A program made the position numbers and the translations under genes. The notes beneath the pieces are model-generated. The model had not been told where the DNA came from and made no database searches. It saw only the letters and a program-made list of their open reading frames with translations. DNA of 64,000 nucleotides, from NCBI RefSeq assembly GCF_022045235.1, contig NW_027266330.1, positions 22,196,001-22,260,000 on the forward strand, written 5' to 3'. This document shows positions 12,237 through 24,171 of this stretch, piece after piece (within the stretch, counting starts at the first letter, position 1; every line of letters begins with the position of its first letter). Source of the DNA: Haliotis cracherodii (lineage: Eukaryota).

Positions 12237-13159
12237 TTGTAAAACGAAAGTAGAAATGTGATGTTGTCACATAATAATAATAATATCCAGGTTCTACAGT
12301 GTGTACCACATTTGGCGTTCCGATAGTATTGTGACATATACCTGCAAGTATTGACCCTGATTATTAAACAGTTGCCTGTGTCGCAGTGCGAGATAAAAAG
12401 CGGAAACAACACACCTACCTGAACAGATGACTTTCTTCACTGTGGCATAAAGGTCACTTCCGGTGATGACGCGAAAGTGCTTCCTTTCTTCAAGTGTGTT
12501 GGAACTGATACATGTTAACAATGTTATTGCTTTTATGCATACTTTTGACACAGACCACCAGGACAGTCTAAAAGCAAGGCCTAAAACAGTTAAAATAAAA
12601 CAGACAAAAAAGCGGGTAACACTAAAAACGGATTGCCGAATATTAAAATGAATTGTGCGTGTCTGGGCAAATGTATCACTCACTCATTACTAAAACTATC
12701 TGACCACTGATTAAATACAAGACCAACCTCTTTTCATCGTTAAACCACACCCACTGCATAGTTTACCTCTGTTTGCACACATGAACCTTTAAAATCATTT
12801 TGACACCCAGCTCATCGTCATGTACATGCAAATACCACGTGTGTGTTCGCTCAGAGGTTCAAGGTTGACAAATCCGAGGGTCATCCGTTTTCAGATTGCA
12901 TACAGCACGAATCGAAAAGGATTGTGATATCCCTGACGGTTATTTAACACCGGTCGTTATCAGCAGTTTTTCAATTATCGGTATGAATTAATGTAGGCCT
13001 GTGAAGTATCCATCTAACATTACTGTACAGGCCACAATCTGACATGCACTGGCTGGTACGTCGCATGAGAAGTCCACGTCATATCTGGCACGTACAGACA
13101 GGTTATATAATTTGAATAGTCAGGTGTGGCAATAGACATGAACCATCCTTCACAATTGA

Positions 13160-13482
13160 GGTGGTGAGGTGAAATGGTGTTTAACGTCGCGTCCAAGATA
13201 TTGCATACACGTGTGTGTGTGGCTTCTTGTACTAGTCCGGACTTATGCCGATTTAATAGTGCTTGACCACTGAGATACCATGCCGCAGTTTAACATGAAA
13301 ACCCCACTCAGAAACAGTTTGCAGACTCCGAGCTGACTAGGCCTGTGTAAGCCATTAATGCCGAGCGTCAGGCAGGGTAACAACAAGTACCATCTTGTAA
13401 CGTCTTTTGGTATGACACGGTCGGGGATCGAACCTCCGACCTTCCGCTCGGACGCTCTACCACTCGACCACTGAAGCGGTGC
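13160..13482 (-). mobile_element. SINE family 4 (tRNA-derived)
   Basis: B-box GGTTCGATCCCC on -; TSD CCTTCACAATTGA at 13147-13159 and 13483-13495; partial relative at about 19428-19640. Confidence 0.85.
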
Positions 13483-13993
13483 CCTTCACAATTGACAGGG
13501 ATGTCACTTCCAGGTGAGTCATTATCTCGGGGACATTGTACAGGTATATCAGCCTTGGGGCAGAAGTATTGATTAATAAATGAGTGTGATAAGATTACAG
13601 CCTTGAATAGTTATAATGAAACTTAGTTTATAATTAATTAATATCATATAAGTTAGGGGGTATACATCCATGAAAAATAACTGCATTGCATGCGTGTCAC
13701 GGTATACGAGACGTGACTGAAGATCCATACAAATAGCAACACGAAATTAATATATGACTTTAAACATATAGTTTTAACAGAACCGAAATATGTCTTTTCA
13801 TTGACTGTTGTGATACGTCCCAGGAAGTCTTACATTTAGATCTGTTTTTATTTCGTCAGCTTTCCTTAACAGCAATTCAAGGGAACGATCCAACGTGTCG
13901 TCATATATGTACTTTCAACAGGGGTGCCTAAAACCTTTTCGTCACGAAACACATGTCGCATGATTGCATGTTGGGTCAGTAGTGCGTTCGATA

Positions 13994-14270
13994 GAGTGAG
14001 TGAGTGAGTGAGTTGGGTTTAACGCCGGTTTAAACAGTATTTCAGTTAATGTCAGCTTAATGTGTGAGGAAAGCCCGGAGTGATGCAGGTCTCAGACGTT
14101 TAGCACTTCGGTGAAACCCACGAGCACGGGTATAGTGCTGATAAACCTAGAAACATAATCGGGGTGAACCGGGATTCGAACCCACAATCATAGGTTTCTG
14201 GTGTGCCCAAGGGACGCAACTCTGCACAGCGAATCGCGGCGCCTTAGACGACTGGGCCACCCTTGCCCCC
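13994..14270 (-). mobile_element. SINE family 1 copy
   Basis: Head GGGGGCAAGGGTGGCCCAGTCGTCTAAGGCG, B-box, (ACTC)n tail. Confidence 0.9.
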
Positions 14271-14454
14271 TCGTTAGACAATAAGTCTGTTTCAACATGA
14301 GATCACGATCCGCCTTTTGTTTGTTTCACAGTTAGTTGAGTCGTCACTTTCTATATAGTGGGATTGTGGCTGACATCAAGTTATCAAAAAAATTCTGAAA
14401 CATATGCACGTATATACAGGTAAACGTCACGCCCATGTATTGTGTGCAATGTTT

Positions 14455-14645
14455 GTCGTAAAAGGCGACTAGATTTATCGTAAGAGTTGACTGGTGGGAT
14501 CGGGTGGTCAGGCTTCCTGACTTGGTTGATGCATGTCCTCTTATCCCAACTGCATGGGTCGATGCTCATGATGTCAGTGACTGGATTTTCTTGATTATTT
14601 AAAGACCGCCGTCATTTATTTGGAATATTGTTAACCAAAAAACAA
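14455..14645 (+). mobile_element. SINE family 2 partial copy
   Basis: Diverged GTCGTAAAAGGCGACTA...GGGATCGGGTGGTCAGG core. Confidence 0.75.
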
Positions 14646-14708
14646 AAATCTTGAATAAATAGTAATTAGCACTGCTTGAAACGCCAACCACATCAGGGAG
14701 AACATATA

Positions 14709-16263
14709 TACTACTCAAAATTTGATAGGATCGTAGATATTTTTCTTAATAAAAATACAAAATAACTGCATAACTGGCAATATTGTGTTCAAGTGAAATC
14801 AAAAACGTCTCCAACACACGTGCACGTGCATTTCATGCCATGGGAAATGCGTTTCACATCACAGTTCATGCTTTTGCTACCATTGCACGATTTCCAATCA
14901 GGCAACGGTGTCTGATTCATTCTGAAACTGTAAACTCAATTGAGTGTTTACACTACGTTTATCTACGCAATGCCCCCCTCAACGTGTAAGGCGTCGCCTG
15001 ACGACAGAACAACTGGGCAGATGTATTGGAATGCTTGATGCTGGCTATTCACAACGTGACGTTGCCAATGCACTAAACGTCAGCCAGAGCGTTGTAAGCA
15101 GGGCCTGGTCCCGACAGCAAAATTTTGGTACAGCAGCACACCGACATGGGGGTGGTCGTCAGAGGTCGACAACCCAACGCCAAGATCATTTTGTGGCTCT
15201 TCAGGCACGACGTCATCCCTTCTGGACAGCAACCAGCCTACGTAACGACCTCCTGAACGCCTCGGGGGTGAATGTGTCCACTCAGACGATACGGAATTGT
15301 CTTCACAATGCAGGTCTCTACTCGAGAAGGGCATGTGTCCGAATCCCCCTGACTGTTCGACACCGGCGGGAGCGATTGAAATGGGCTGAAGATCATGTCA
15401 CTTTGACACGGAACGATTGGGTTCCAGTTCTGTTCACCGATGAGTCCAGGTATTGTTTGGACTTTACAGACAGGAGGCAGCGGGTGTGGCGACGACAACG
15501 TGAACGTTTCCATGATGCCAACATCAGTGAACATGACCGTTATGGTGGTGGTTCCATCATGGTCTGGGGTGGAATCAACAGAGATGGAAGGACAGATCTT
15601 CATGTCCTGGAGAGAGGAACAATGACGGGGGTGAGGTACCGGGATGAGATCCTCGATGTGTACGTCAGACCCTACGCTGGTGCTGTTGGCCTGATGGATG
15701 ATAACGCCCGTCCTCATCGCGCCAGGGTGGTTGAGCAGTACCTTGAGCAGGAGACAATTGTCCGCATGGATTGGCCAGCGCGCTCGCCGGACTTGAACCC
15801 GATTGAGCATGTCTGGAACATGCTGCAGGTTGCCCTTTCACGCCGTAGAGCACAACCCACGACTTTGGCAGAGCTCGGACATGCCCTCGTGGAAGAGTGG
15901 AACAACCTTCCCATTGGGAACATCCGGGTGCTTATTGACAGCATATCTCGACGTTGTCAGGCCGTCATTGATGCAAGGGGAGGTCATACTCGATATTGAC
16001 ACTTCGTCGACTAAGTGTAATGATGGACTATCCCTCATAACTGTGTAATTCTTTCTCTTGTTTGCTGTTAACATTTTTTAATGAAATGCCTTTTGGTGTT
16101 TGCAGATTTCAAACATTCCATATTGATACAAGTTCATGCCGTTCATGAATTTTCATTCATAACATGATTAAACACGTTTCTGAGTCAGAGTCATGTCTTT
16201 TGTTATGTTTGTGGAAACTTACACACATATCACCTAGTGATCCTTATCAAATTTTGAGTAGTA
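14709..16263 (+). mobile_element. Full-length Tc1 (DD34E) DNA transposon
   Basis: TIRs TACTACTCAAAATTTGATA(A)GGATC at both ends, TA TSD, transposase inside. Confidence 0.95.
14970..15999 (+). pseudogene. Tc1 transposase, probably inactivated
   Basis: HTH region, FTDESR, MDDNARPH and SPDLNPIE with 34 residues between D and E. Likely ATG at 14970 is out of frame by one extra C in a C6 run; YAGAVG-LMDDN looks a few residues short. Confidence 0.9.
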
Positions 16264-17254
16264 TATATACACAAAGGACCAGTGACCATTCATTCTTAGT
16301 CATAACTGCAATGTAAATTAGAATATATGAGTTTCATTCATAAACTATAGTTGAAACATATTGTATTACTCTCGCGTAAATACCTCCTATACTGAATAAA
16401 CATATTATTTTCCTTCACTTATATATTTCAACAATTCTGAATTCATACGTTTGAAATAATACTGATAATGCACAGTATATAAATGCATGATTTTGTCGTT
16501 CTATAAATATATTCACCTCATTCGGAATCCTTATCTTATAAAATAAGATAAGTAAACACTTCATAGATATTTTAAGTAATTATACAAGAATCAACGTATG
16601 CACAGTTGAACTACCTTTTGAATAATGGACACCAGGATGTGAGCGTGAAAGTATGTGCCAATACTCTATCCGATTTCCCAATGTGACACATACACCTAAT
16701 TGTTTGTCTGATGTATAGCCTGTATATCAGTATATTAGCCACAATATTAGTGCATCGTGGCTACAACGCCGTCCTACGGTCAGTTTTTATGTGGCCCTTA
16801 TTGCACAACACATGACCCACTTTAACTGCAGCTGTTGTTGTGTACAGCTACCAGTTGCTATTAACAGCTTGAATAACAAGCACTGGTCCATAGACTGCAC
16901 AGATACCGACCACGTTTAGACGGTGAGTATTTAGCCTCTCCCTGAGACAGATAATATTACTTTTGATTGTGATCTTATATGTCTTGGTGAAACGATTTAC
17001 ATATGGTAGTAATATAGTATACATATATGGTAGTATATATGGTATAGTAATATGGTAGTACATATAGGTGTATATATTGTACCTTTAGTTAGAACAGTAC
17101 ATGTGTGGTTAACGTCGGGTTACTTGATGTATGCATACGTGGTCTCGTATGCGGGTGTAGGTTTCTGTCACATTTATGATTAGTGAACTGGGTTTAACAA
17201 CTCATATGTCACGAAGCAGTTGGGACACGCAAACTTGTCTTAAAAAGTAAGGGC

Positions 17255-17650
17255 ATATATGGATGAGATCGTGTGTGCGATGTGCGATGGAGTGGGGGCA
17301 AAAAATGGTGTGACTGTCATAAATCCGGTATGGGATGGGATGGGGTGGAGAAAGTATAGGTATGCATGGGATAGATCGCGTGTGCCGTCTGGTGTGGGAT
17401 GGGACAGGTATTGATGTATGTGATAGATCGCGTGTGTGGTCGGATGTGTGTTGGGGCAGGTAAGGGTATAATGTGACAGGTGCAGTCTGAAGTGGGATGG
17501 GTCAGGTATGGGTGTGAATGTGTGATTGTGTGTGCAGTCTGGTTTTGCATGGGGCAAGTTCGGATGTGTGTGTGTGTGTGTGTGTGAGATAGGTGCAGTC
17601 TCGTGTGTGTGTGGGGGTGGGGTGGGTGGGGGGGGGGGGTGGGGGGGTGG
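17255..17650. repeat. GT/G-rich low-complexity region with (TG)n and poly-G
   Basis: Visible directly; explains spurious His/Thr/Pro-rich ORFs on -. Confidence 0.9.
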
Positions 17651-17965
17651 AAGTTTGATAGACTTGAAACTAACATACCAGCATGATAGCATGATATTTG
17701 TATTTTAATATGTAAGGAAGGAAAACTGATAGCTTTAAGGTATGCTTTGTGTATCGACCATTATATAACAGCGTGTAACAATAAGAACCATAACAGAAGG
17801 AAGTAGTTTATAACGTGAACAATAATACTCGGAACAGCTCTGAGGAAGTAGGATAAACAACTATTAACATGTGACAGGGAAAAATATATTGCAACATCAT
17901 TATTATAATACTTACATACACAGATTGTGTTAGTAGCAGTAAGATGTATCTGATATGAACCACCT

Positions 17966-18243
17966 GAGTGGGTGAGTTGGGTTTTACGTCCCTTTTAACA
18001 GTATTCCAGTTATACCGCGGCGTGTCAGCTTAATGTGGGAGGAAAGCCCGAAGTGATGCAGGTCTCAGACGTTTACCACTTCGGTGAAACCCACGAGCAC
18101 GGGTATGGTGCTGACAAACCTAGAAACATAATCGGGGCGAACCGGGATTCGAACCCACAATCATATGTTTCTGGCGTGTCCAAGGGACGCAACTCTGCAC
18201 AGCGAATCGAGACGCCTTAGACGACTGGGCCACCCGTGCCCCC
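17966..18243 (-). mobile_element. SINE family 1 copy
   Basis: Near full-length match to the 13994-14270 copy. Confidence 0.9.
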
Positions 18244-18640
18244 GATCATACTGTGATAAATCAACGCTGAAGTGTTTACCTTTAAGAGACCCCGATATAT
18301 AAAGTGCCACTCTCGTCGAACATTTTGAAAAAAAGGTAACTGGGACATTAAGCTTCACAGTTATATAGAAACGTGTTTACACATAGATGCCCATTCTGTT
18401 TCAAGGGCTTACATTGTATGGAATACATACTTGTGTGTGCATGTACTTCGTGACTTGTCATGACTATGTCTGGAAACGTGTGCAATCAAATGTCACAATG
18501 TACTCTTGTTGCCCATTTTGCAGTGATATGCTTAAATAGGACACCACATTAACTATATGAATTATGTTCGCTACAGTCAAATACGAACAGACGATGAATG
18601 TGGTTATTGGCAAATCAATCTTCTTCTTTTTTACAGCGGA

Positions 18641-21090
18641 ATGAACACATTAGAAGTTTGCGGACATTGTGGAGAAAAATCCAAGGGTGTTCATCCATCA
18701 TGCACAGGGTATGTTTTCATTTAGATACAGTGAAACATCCTCAAATTACTGCCTCGTGTTTGGTTCGGGTGACAATTACTAAACGATTGTCATAAGAGGC
18801 AATCACTCAAATCGTGATAGNNNNNNNNNNNNNNNNNNNNNNNNNNNNNNNNNNNNNNNNNNNNNNNNNNNNNNNNNNNNNNNNNNNNNNNNNNNNNNNN
18901 NNNNNNNNNNNNNNNNNNNNNNNNNNNNNNNNNNNNNNNNNNNNNNNNNGTTAGTAACGCAACTTTTAACAGTATTCCGGTTATATCACGGTTATTATGC
19001 CCCCTGCAGTTACAGTTGAAATGTTCTTAGAAATAACAGTACCCCATTCAAAAGCACCAAACTAGCGACATGAATAATGATTTGTATATAGTGGGATCCA
19101 TTGCAATACAACCAAGTGTATAACGACACAAACCATATTATGCTGTCCTAATTAATTCAAAATGTGATGATTCATCACGTGAAACAAGTAATGTTGTGAT
19201 AGTCCCTAATTACTTTTATTGATGCTAACTAATGGTTTTAGAAGTTGACGGTTCTGTGTGGTTCTTTGCTTATAAACGAAATGATGTCAGTATGCCAAGA
19301 AAGTATGTGGATATTAACACGTTTGAAGAGACGTTTTTTACTACATGTCCTGGAAAGAATATTCAAGTGAACAAACAAATATATGAATAAACACCTCAGA
19401 AGCTCGACTGGGTCCTGATACTGACAGTGAGATGAAGTGAAATGAGGTTTAACGTCGCATTCATGACTGTTTCACTAAAATAGCGACATGCAACTTTGTG
19501 TGTGGTGGCTTGTGTTAGTACTACATTTATGCCAGATTTATAGAGCTAGCCCACTGAGATACCAACCTGCAGACTAACACTGACACCAACTTTTACACAA
19601 TATACTTATACCGAAATAATCAGTCCGTCCTTTATCTCCATGAGTGAGTGAGTGAGTCAGTATGGTTTTACGCCGCTTTTAACAATATTCCAGCAATATC
19701 TCTCGGGTTGGGAAATATTTATTCCTGCATCACAGCTAAGGGTTATGGGGCTGTCAGTGTGTACATTGATGCCGCAAGCACTGAATGAACTGGTGTCATC
19801 CTTATGTGACATTTGAAATTTACATATAAGCTAACATACCAAAATGAAAATCAAAACCTAAGTAATCATGTATAAGCAGAGAGTAAAATATGTTGCGAGA
19901 GATCTGGTCACGGCTTTTCTGTCTGTTTTAGGAACATTGAAAGATGCCATGCAGCCGTTAAGTTGTTCCAAGACACAATGGCTACCAGCCCGAACATACA
20001 ATTTATGGGAATTCACGTCCACTATCTGTATGGCATCGACAAGAAATTAACTGATCAAGACAAACTCGAGAAAAGGGAGAAACGGAATTTGAAGCTAGTC
20101 GAACTCACAAAGCATATCTCTGCGCTCAGAAATTCTAACGGTGGCTACTTACTTGTTCACATTGTAGGCTTAATTCCAAATGAAAATTACCTTGGTGCTT
20201 TTGACGAGTTTGCAGATGACACCCTGTACAAAATGATAGAAGATGGAAGAATGTTTGAAAGCGTGTATAAAAAAGCAAGGCTTAGCGAAGCTGAAGGATG
20301 CAATCAGTTCCATGATTTCATCAGTATTTTTGTTACAAAAGGCACAGAATTTTCAACAGCTGATTTTAAAACTAAAATATCTTTAGACTGGGGAATAATA
20401 ACCCCTTTACCTATCACAATGAAGAGGTTTGTTGTCGAACAAAACAATTGCAATCACATTCATCGTGAAGAAATTGATTTCAAATTCAATGGTGACTTTG
20501 AAACGATTTCACAATTGCAAGAGAAGCGTGATTTACAACTAAAGGGCTTCATGGAAAATAAACTTAAAGTTGACTGGAAGTTGTTGTCGGGCTATGAAAA
20601 AGCCCGAACAGTTTGGGATGATTTTCGACTGAGGGAGTATGTAAGTGCCTTCACCAAGAACAAGCGGGGTGGATCCTTCCTGCTAGGAATTGGGGAAAAA
20701 GAAAAAGGCAATGATGTGTACAAGTCAAAAGATCTCATTGTCCAAGGAGTGCCACTTGAGGACGAAAATGAGTTCAGAGGCTACCTCGAAGAACTTGTCC
20801 ATGACGAGAGCCTGGTGTGTGACTTTAAGGGGCACACTGATGTTAATTGGGACATAATGGAAGTAAAATGCACCCTTGTACCCCCTAGATATGTGCAATC
20901 AAGTACTACACGTGGTCCGCACACCACGCAGTACTACATTGTCGAGGTACTGGTTCGCCCAATCAATGGAGTAGCATTTTATGACAAAAAGGGGCCTGTA
21001 TCATGCCGAATCATCAACAACATTTGTACCCCTGTTGATGTGAAAACATGGTTCGAAAAGATTGCCATGCCCACACAATCATCGCTTTGA
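18641..21090 (+). CDS. Gene A: stand-alone Schlafen/AlbA_2-like nuclease-domain protein; exons 18641-18708 and 19932-21090
   Basis: ISALRNSNGGYLLV (Schlafen N-lobe xALLNSGGG), EKRDLQLKGF (ExxxxEFK equivalent), EYVSAFTKNKRGGSFLLGIGE (AlbA_2 YVSAFANxxGGxLxIGV). The phase-2 junction joins MNTLEVCGHCGE...CTG|NIERC in frame; exon 1 is conserved in the second copy. Confidence 0.85.
18821..18949. other. Assembly gap
   Basis: Run of N inside the gene A intron. Confidence 1.
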
Positions 21091-21722
21091 TGTTTTACGC
21101 ATGTGTCATTGATAACAAAGCACAGCGTACAATGCATAAACGGAACATGAAGATCAATATGGAGATCAATATGGAGATCAATATATTCTCGTTCGGCAGG
21201 TACATTTGTCATTTTAGAAATATGAAAATCCTGAGAATATTTCCTGCTTGTTCATAAATACCATCAGAACACATAATTCAGTAGTGAGTCTTTGTTTCAA
21301 TAAACAGCTCTTAGTATTGTGTGGACTCCGTGGACCTTGGATTATGTGGACAATATACCATGCATTGCCTTTGAAATTAATGGCATGTCCGTATAACTAA
21401 TACATCATTTGGTGTAAAAAAAAATATGTCCGGTTTCAATGATTACATTTGCATATCTTGCCTTAGGCAATCTTTATCTATTGCACTTATATATGTATAC
21501 ATGTACCTATGTTATTGTATGCTTAAAAATGAATACGATGAAAGTGTACGCATTCAGTATTGCACCACTATTACTCGATTTGACTGTCATGAACCTGCAG
21601 GTTGAAGTTCCAAATAGCAAATTTAACCACTTTTAGTTGGTGAGTGAGTTAGTGAGTTTCACGCTGGTTTGGACACTATTTCAGGCATATGTGTATCATG
21701 ACGGGTTGGCTTTATGTGAAAG

Positions 21723-21987
21723 GAGTGAATGAGTGAGTGAATGAGTGAGTTGGGTTTAACGCCGCTTTTAACAGTATTCAAGTTATATGTGGGAGGAAAG
21801 CCCGAAGTGATGCAGGCCTCAGACGTTTACCACTTCGATGAAACTCACGAGCAGGGTTATGGTGCTGACAAACCTAGAAACATAATCGGGATTCGAACCC
21901 ACAATCATATGTTTCTGGCGTGCCCAAGGGACGCAACTCTGCACAGCGAATTGCGGCGCGTTAGACGACTGGGCCAACCGTGCCCCC
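21723..21987 (-). mobile_element. SINE family 1 copy
   Basis: Matches family consensus with small deletions. Confidence 0.9.
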
Positions 21988-24171
21988 TCATGTGAAAGGA
22001 ACGTGATACAATCTGTCGTTTACCTCTCTGGATAAATTGCGCATTTAGGGCCAATCATGAATTCGAAACAATGATCACTTGTTTCTGAAATAGAGAATTG
22101 CGGTCCCTTAGATAACTGTGATATCCGCGTCCCCGAAGAAGTTCTTGCTAGATATGCTCTACTTCATTCGAAATAAAATGATTTGGGAACTTTGTGCCAT
22201 AACAATATGTGATTCTTTGTTATGGAATGATATATGTATGAAGATGTTGATCACCAATGCTTTATGTAGTAATAAAACTGACGCATTGCCATACGATGAG
22301 TTGAATTAATTTTTCACACAAATAAGAATGCATTCATGTATTCATCAACGCGTAGTCACTTATTACTTACTCGTGAAAAGATCACACGTTTAATAACAAT
22401 ACACCTATAGTACACATTGTGTTATGCCATCACGTGAAAACGGGACTCTTTTGGGGGGCAGCTGGTCATTGGAATTGGCACGGCGGTAGCACTGTGTACA
22501 TATACAATGTCTGCTCTACTCCCGACAGGAACTACCTTTTTTTAACAAAACACCAGTGATGCATAGCGAATACGACTGCATCACAAAAGTATATAATTGA
22601 CATATTTGACTTGAATATGCCAAGTCCGTGAGTTTGTGCAGTTCCCTGTGCAATCTCATTTAAATGAGAAGTTTCTCGCTTCTGCTTAGCAAAGATATGA
22701 GGACATACCATTACGGGTCACGTCAGAACGACCTTTCATCCGACCAGTCAGGGCGTCGCTTACCAGATCAGGAAAGTGAATTTAGAATGTGTTTCGTGAT
22801 CATGCAACTTCGAAACATTTAACACGGGTCATTCCGTAAGATAGTTACGGCTTTACGACTGACACCATAAAATACCAGGCCATCCATTAGCCATTCAAGA
22901 ATGTTCTTTTGTTCAGTTTTCAATTTGTAATCGAAAATTTGTCAAAATAGGTTTCGAAGCGTAGTCACCATTATGGAACCAGTGCCGAAAAGCTCAGGAA
23001 AGCTGCCCTTTGATTGGCTTAGTAGACTTCTTCTCAGTCATTCAAATGGTTGGCCAAAGATTGCGAAAGGTCGGACTCGTAATGGGATGTTCTCAGATAT
23101 ATGTTTGGCGGTAGCTCATGTTTATAAGATTGGCTACCTGTGTTATTTTCCAAATACATCTGAGCTAGAATATACGGACTGTCACCTTGTATTCTTGTAG
23201 TGCAAGCATCGTGGAATTATAAAGGTTCAGAGCATCACAAAGAAACAAAATATCATGTCGAAAGTTCATCACAGCATTAATCGTGGCGTCTACCTACGAC
23301 CTTGAACTTCGTACTGTAAATCAGAGTATCGCCCCTTGGACCAAGTGGATAGTCGTTAGAAATGTCGTCCTCATCTCAACCGACGCAATTTTGTGTCATG
23401 AATCCTTCAAGCTCCGAAATTCAGGTAGTGTATATTGTCGGTAATTACAACCAATTTGATAGCAACATACCATCTGCTAACTCGTATGAAATGACATAGC
23501 GACTCGATTGTCTCGCGGTCTCCCCTCACCTAAGCTGAACCGAGTGGGAAGCTCGATTTTCCGTTAGATGTTTCTAACTTGGTGATAGTCATTTCCTACA
23601 CTATGGGCCAAACTACATTAGGCGGTTGATGATACTCTATCTTCATACAACAGGCTGTCTATGGCCGTTGAAGATGATGGTGACATGAATAGATTCGAAA
23701 CTCACGAGGAAAGTACAACCGAATTGTTAGCCCACTTGAACGCGTTAAGACTTCCGCCTCTAACATTGTTAGTTTTTGGGAAAATGTTCTACTTGTGGTT
23801 CAATATCTTCAAGTTACATGGTATTAAACTGTACTTTTCACGTGAGTTCATAGTGAGCAATAAAATCAATAAAAGTGTGCTTCGTTCCACATAGGATCTA
23901 ACTTGGACAATCTAACAGGATTAATCTTTGCGCGGACATAAAGTGCATTGGTACATTGTGCATTTGAGATTGCTGATGAAATGTGGCTTAAGTAAAAGTT
24001 GATTGTCATGGGATTATGTTTTCAAGTAGAGAATAATCCTCTCATTCCTATCTGCTTACAAAAATCGAAACATACCTTCTTATGGCTTTGTACTGATAAT
24101 ATCATATTACCCCTAACCAGGTCTGAAATGGTCATGGTATACTAGTTTAATGGTTTTTTTTATATTTTCAG

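Noticed and set aside
13994-14270. tRNA gene calls for SINE heads
   Set aside because: Heads are fused to SINE bodies and tails, and no clean cloverleaf is evident.
17240-17708. His/Thr/Pro-rich ORFs
   Set aside because: Translations of (TG)n/poly-G low-complexity sequence.
18035-18220. Recurrent short ORFs (MQVSDVYHFGETHE..., MVRLADLVD...)
   Set aside because: Translations of SINE families 1 and 2.
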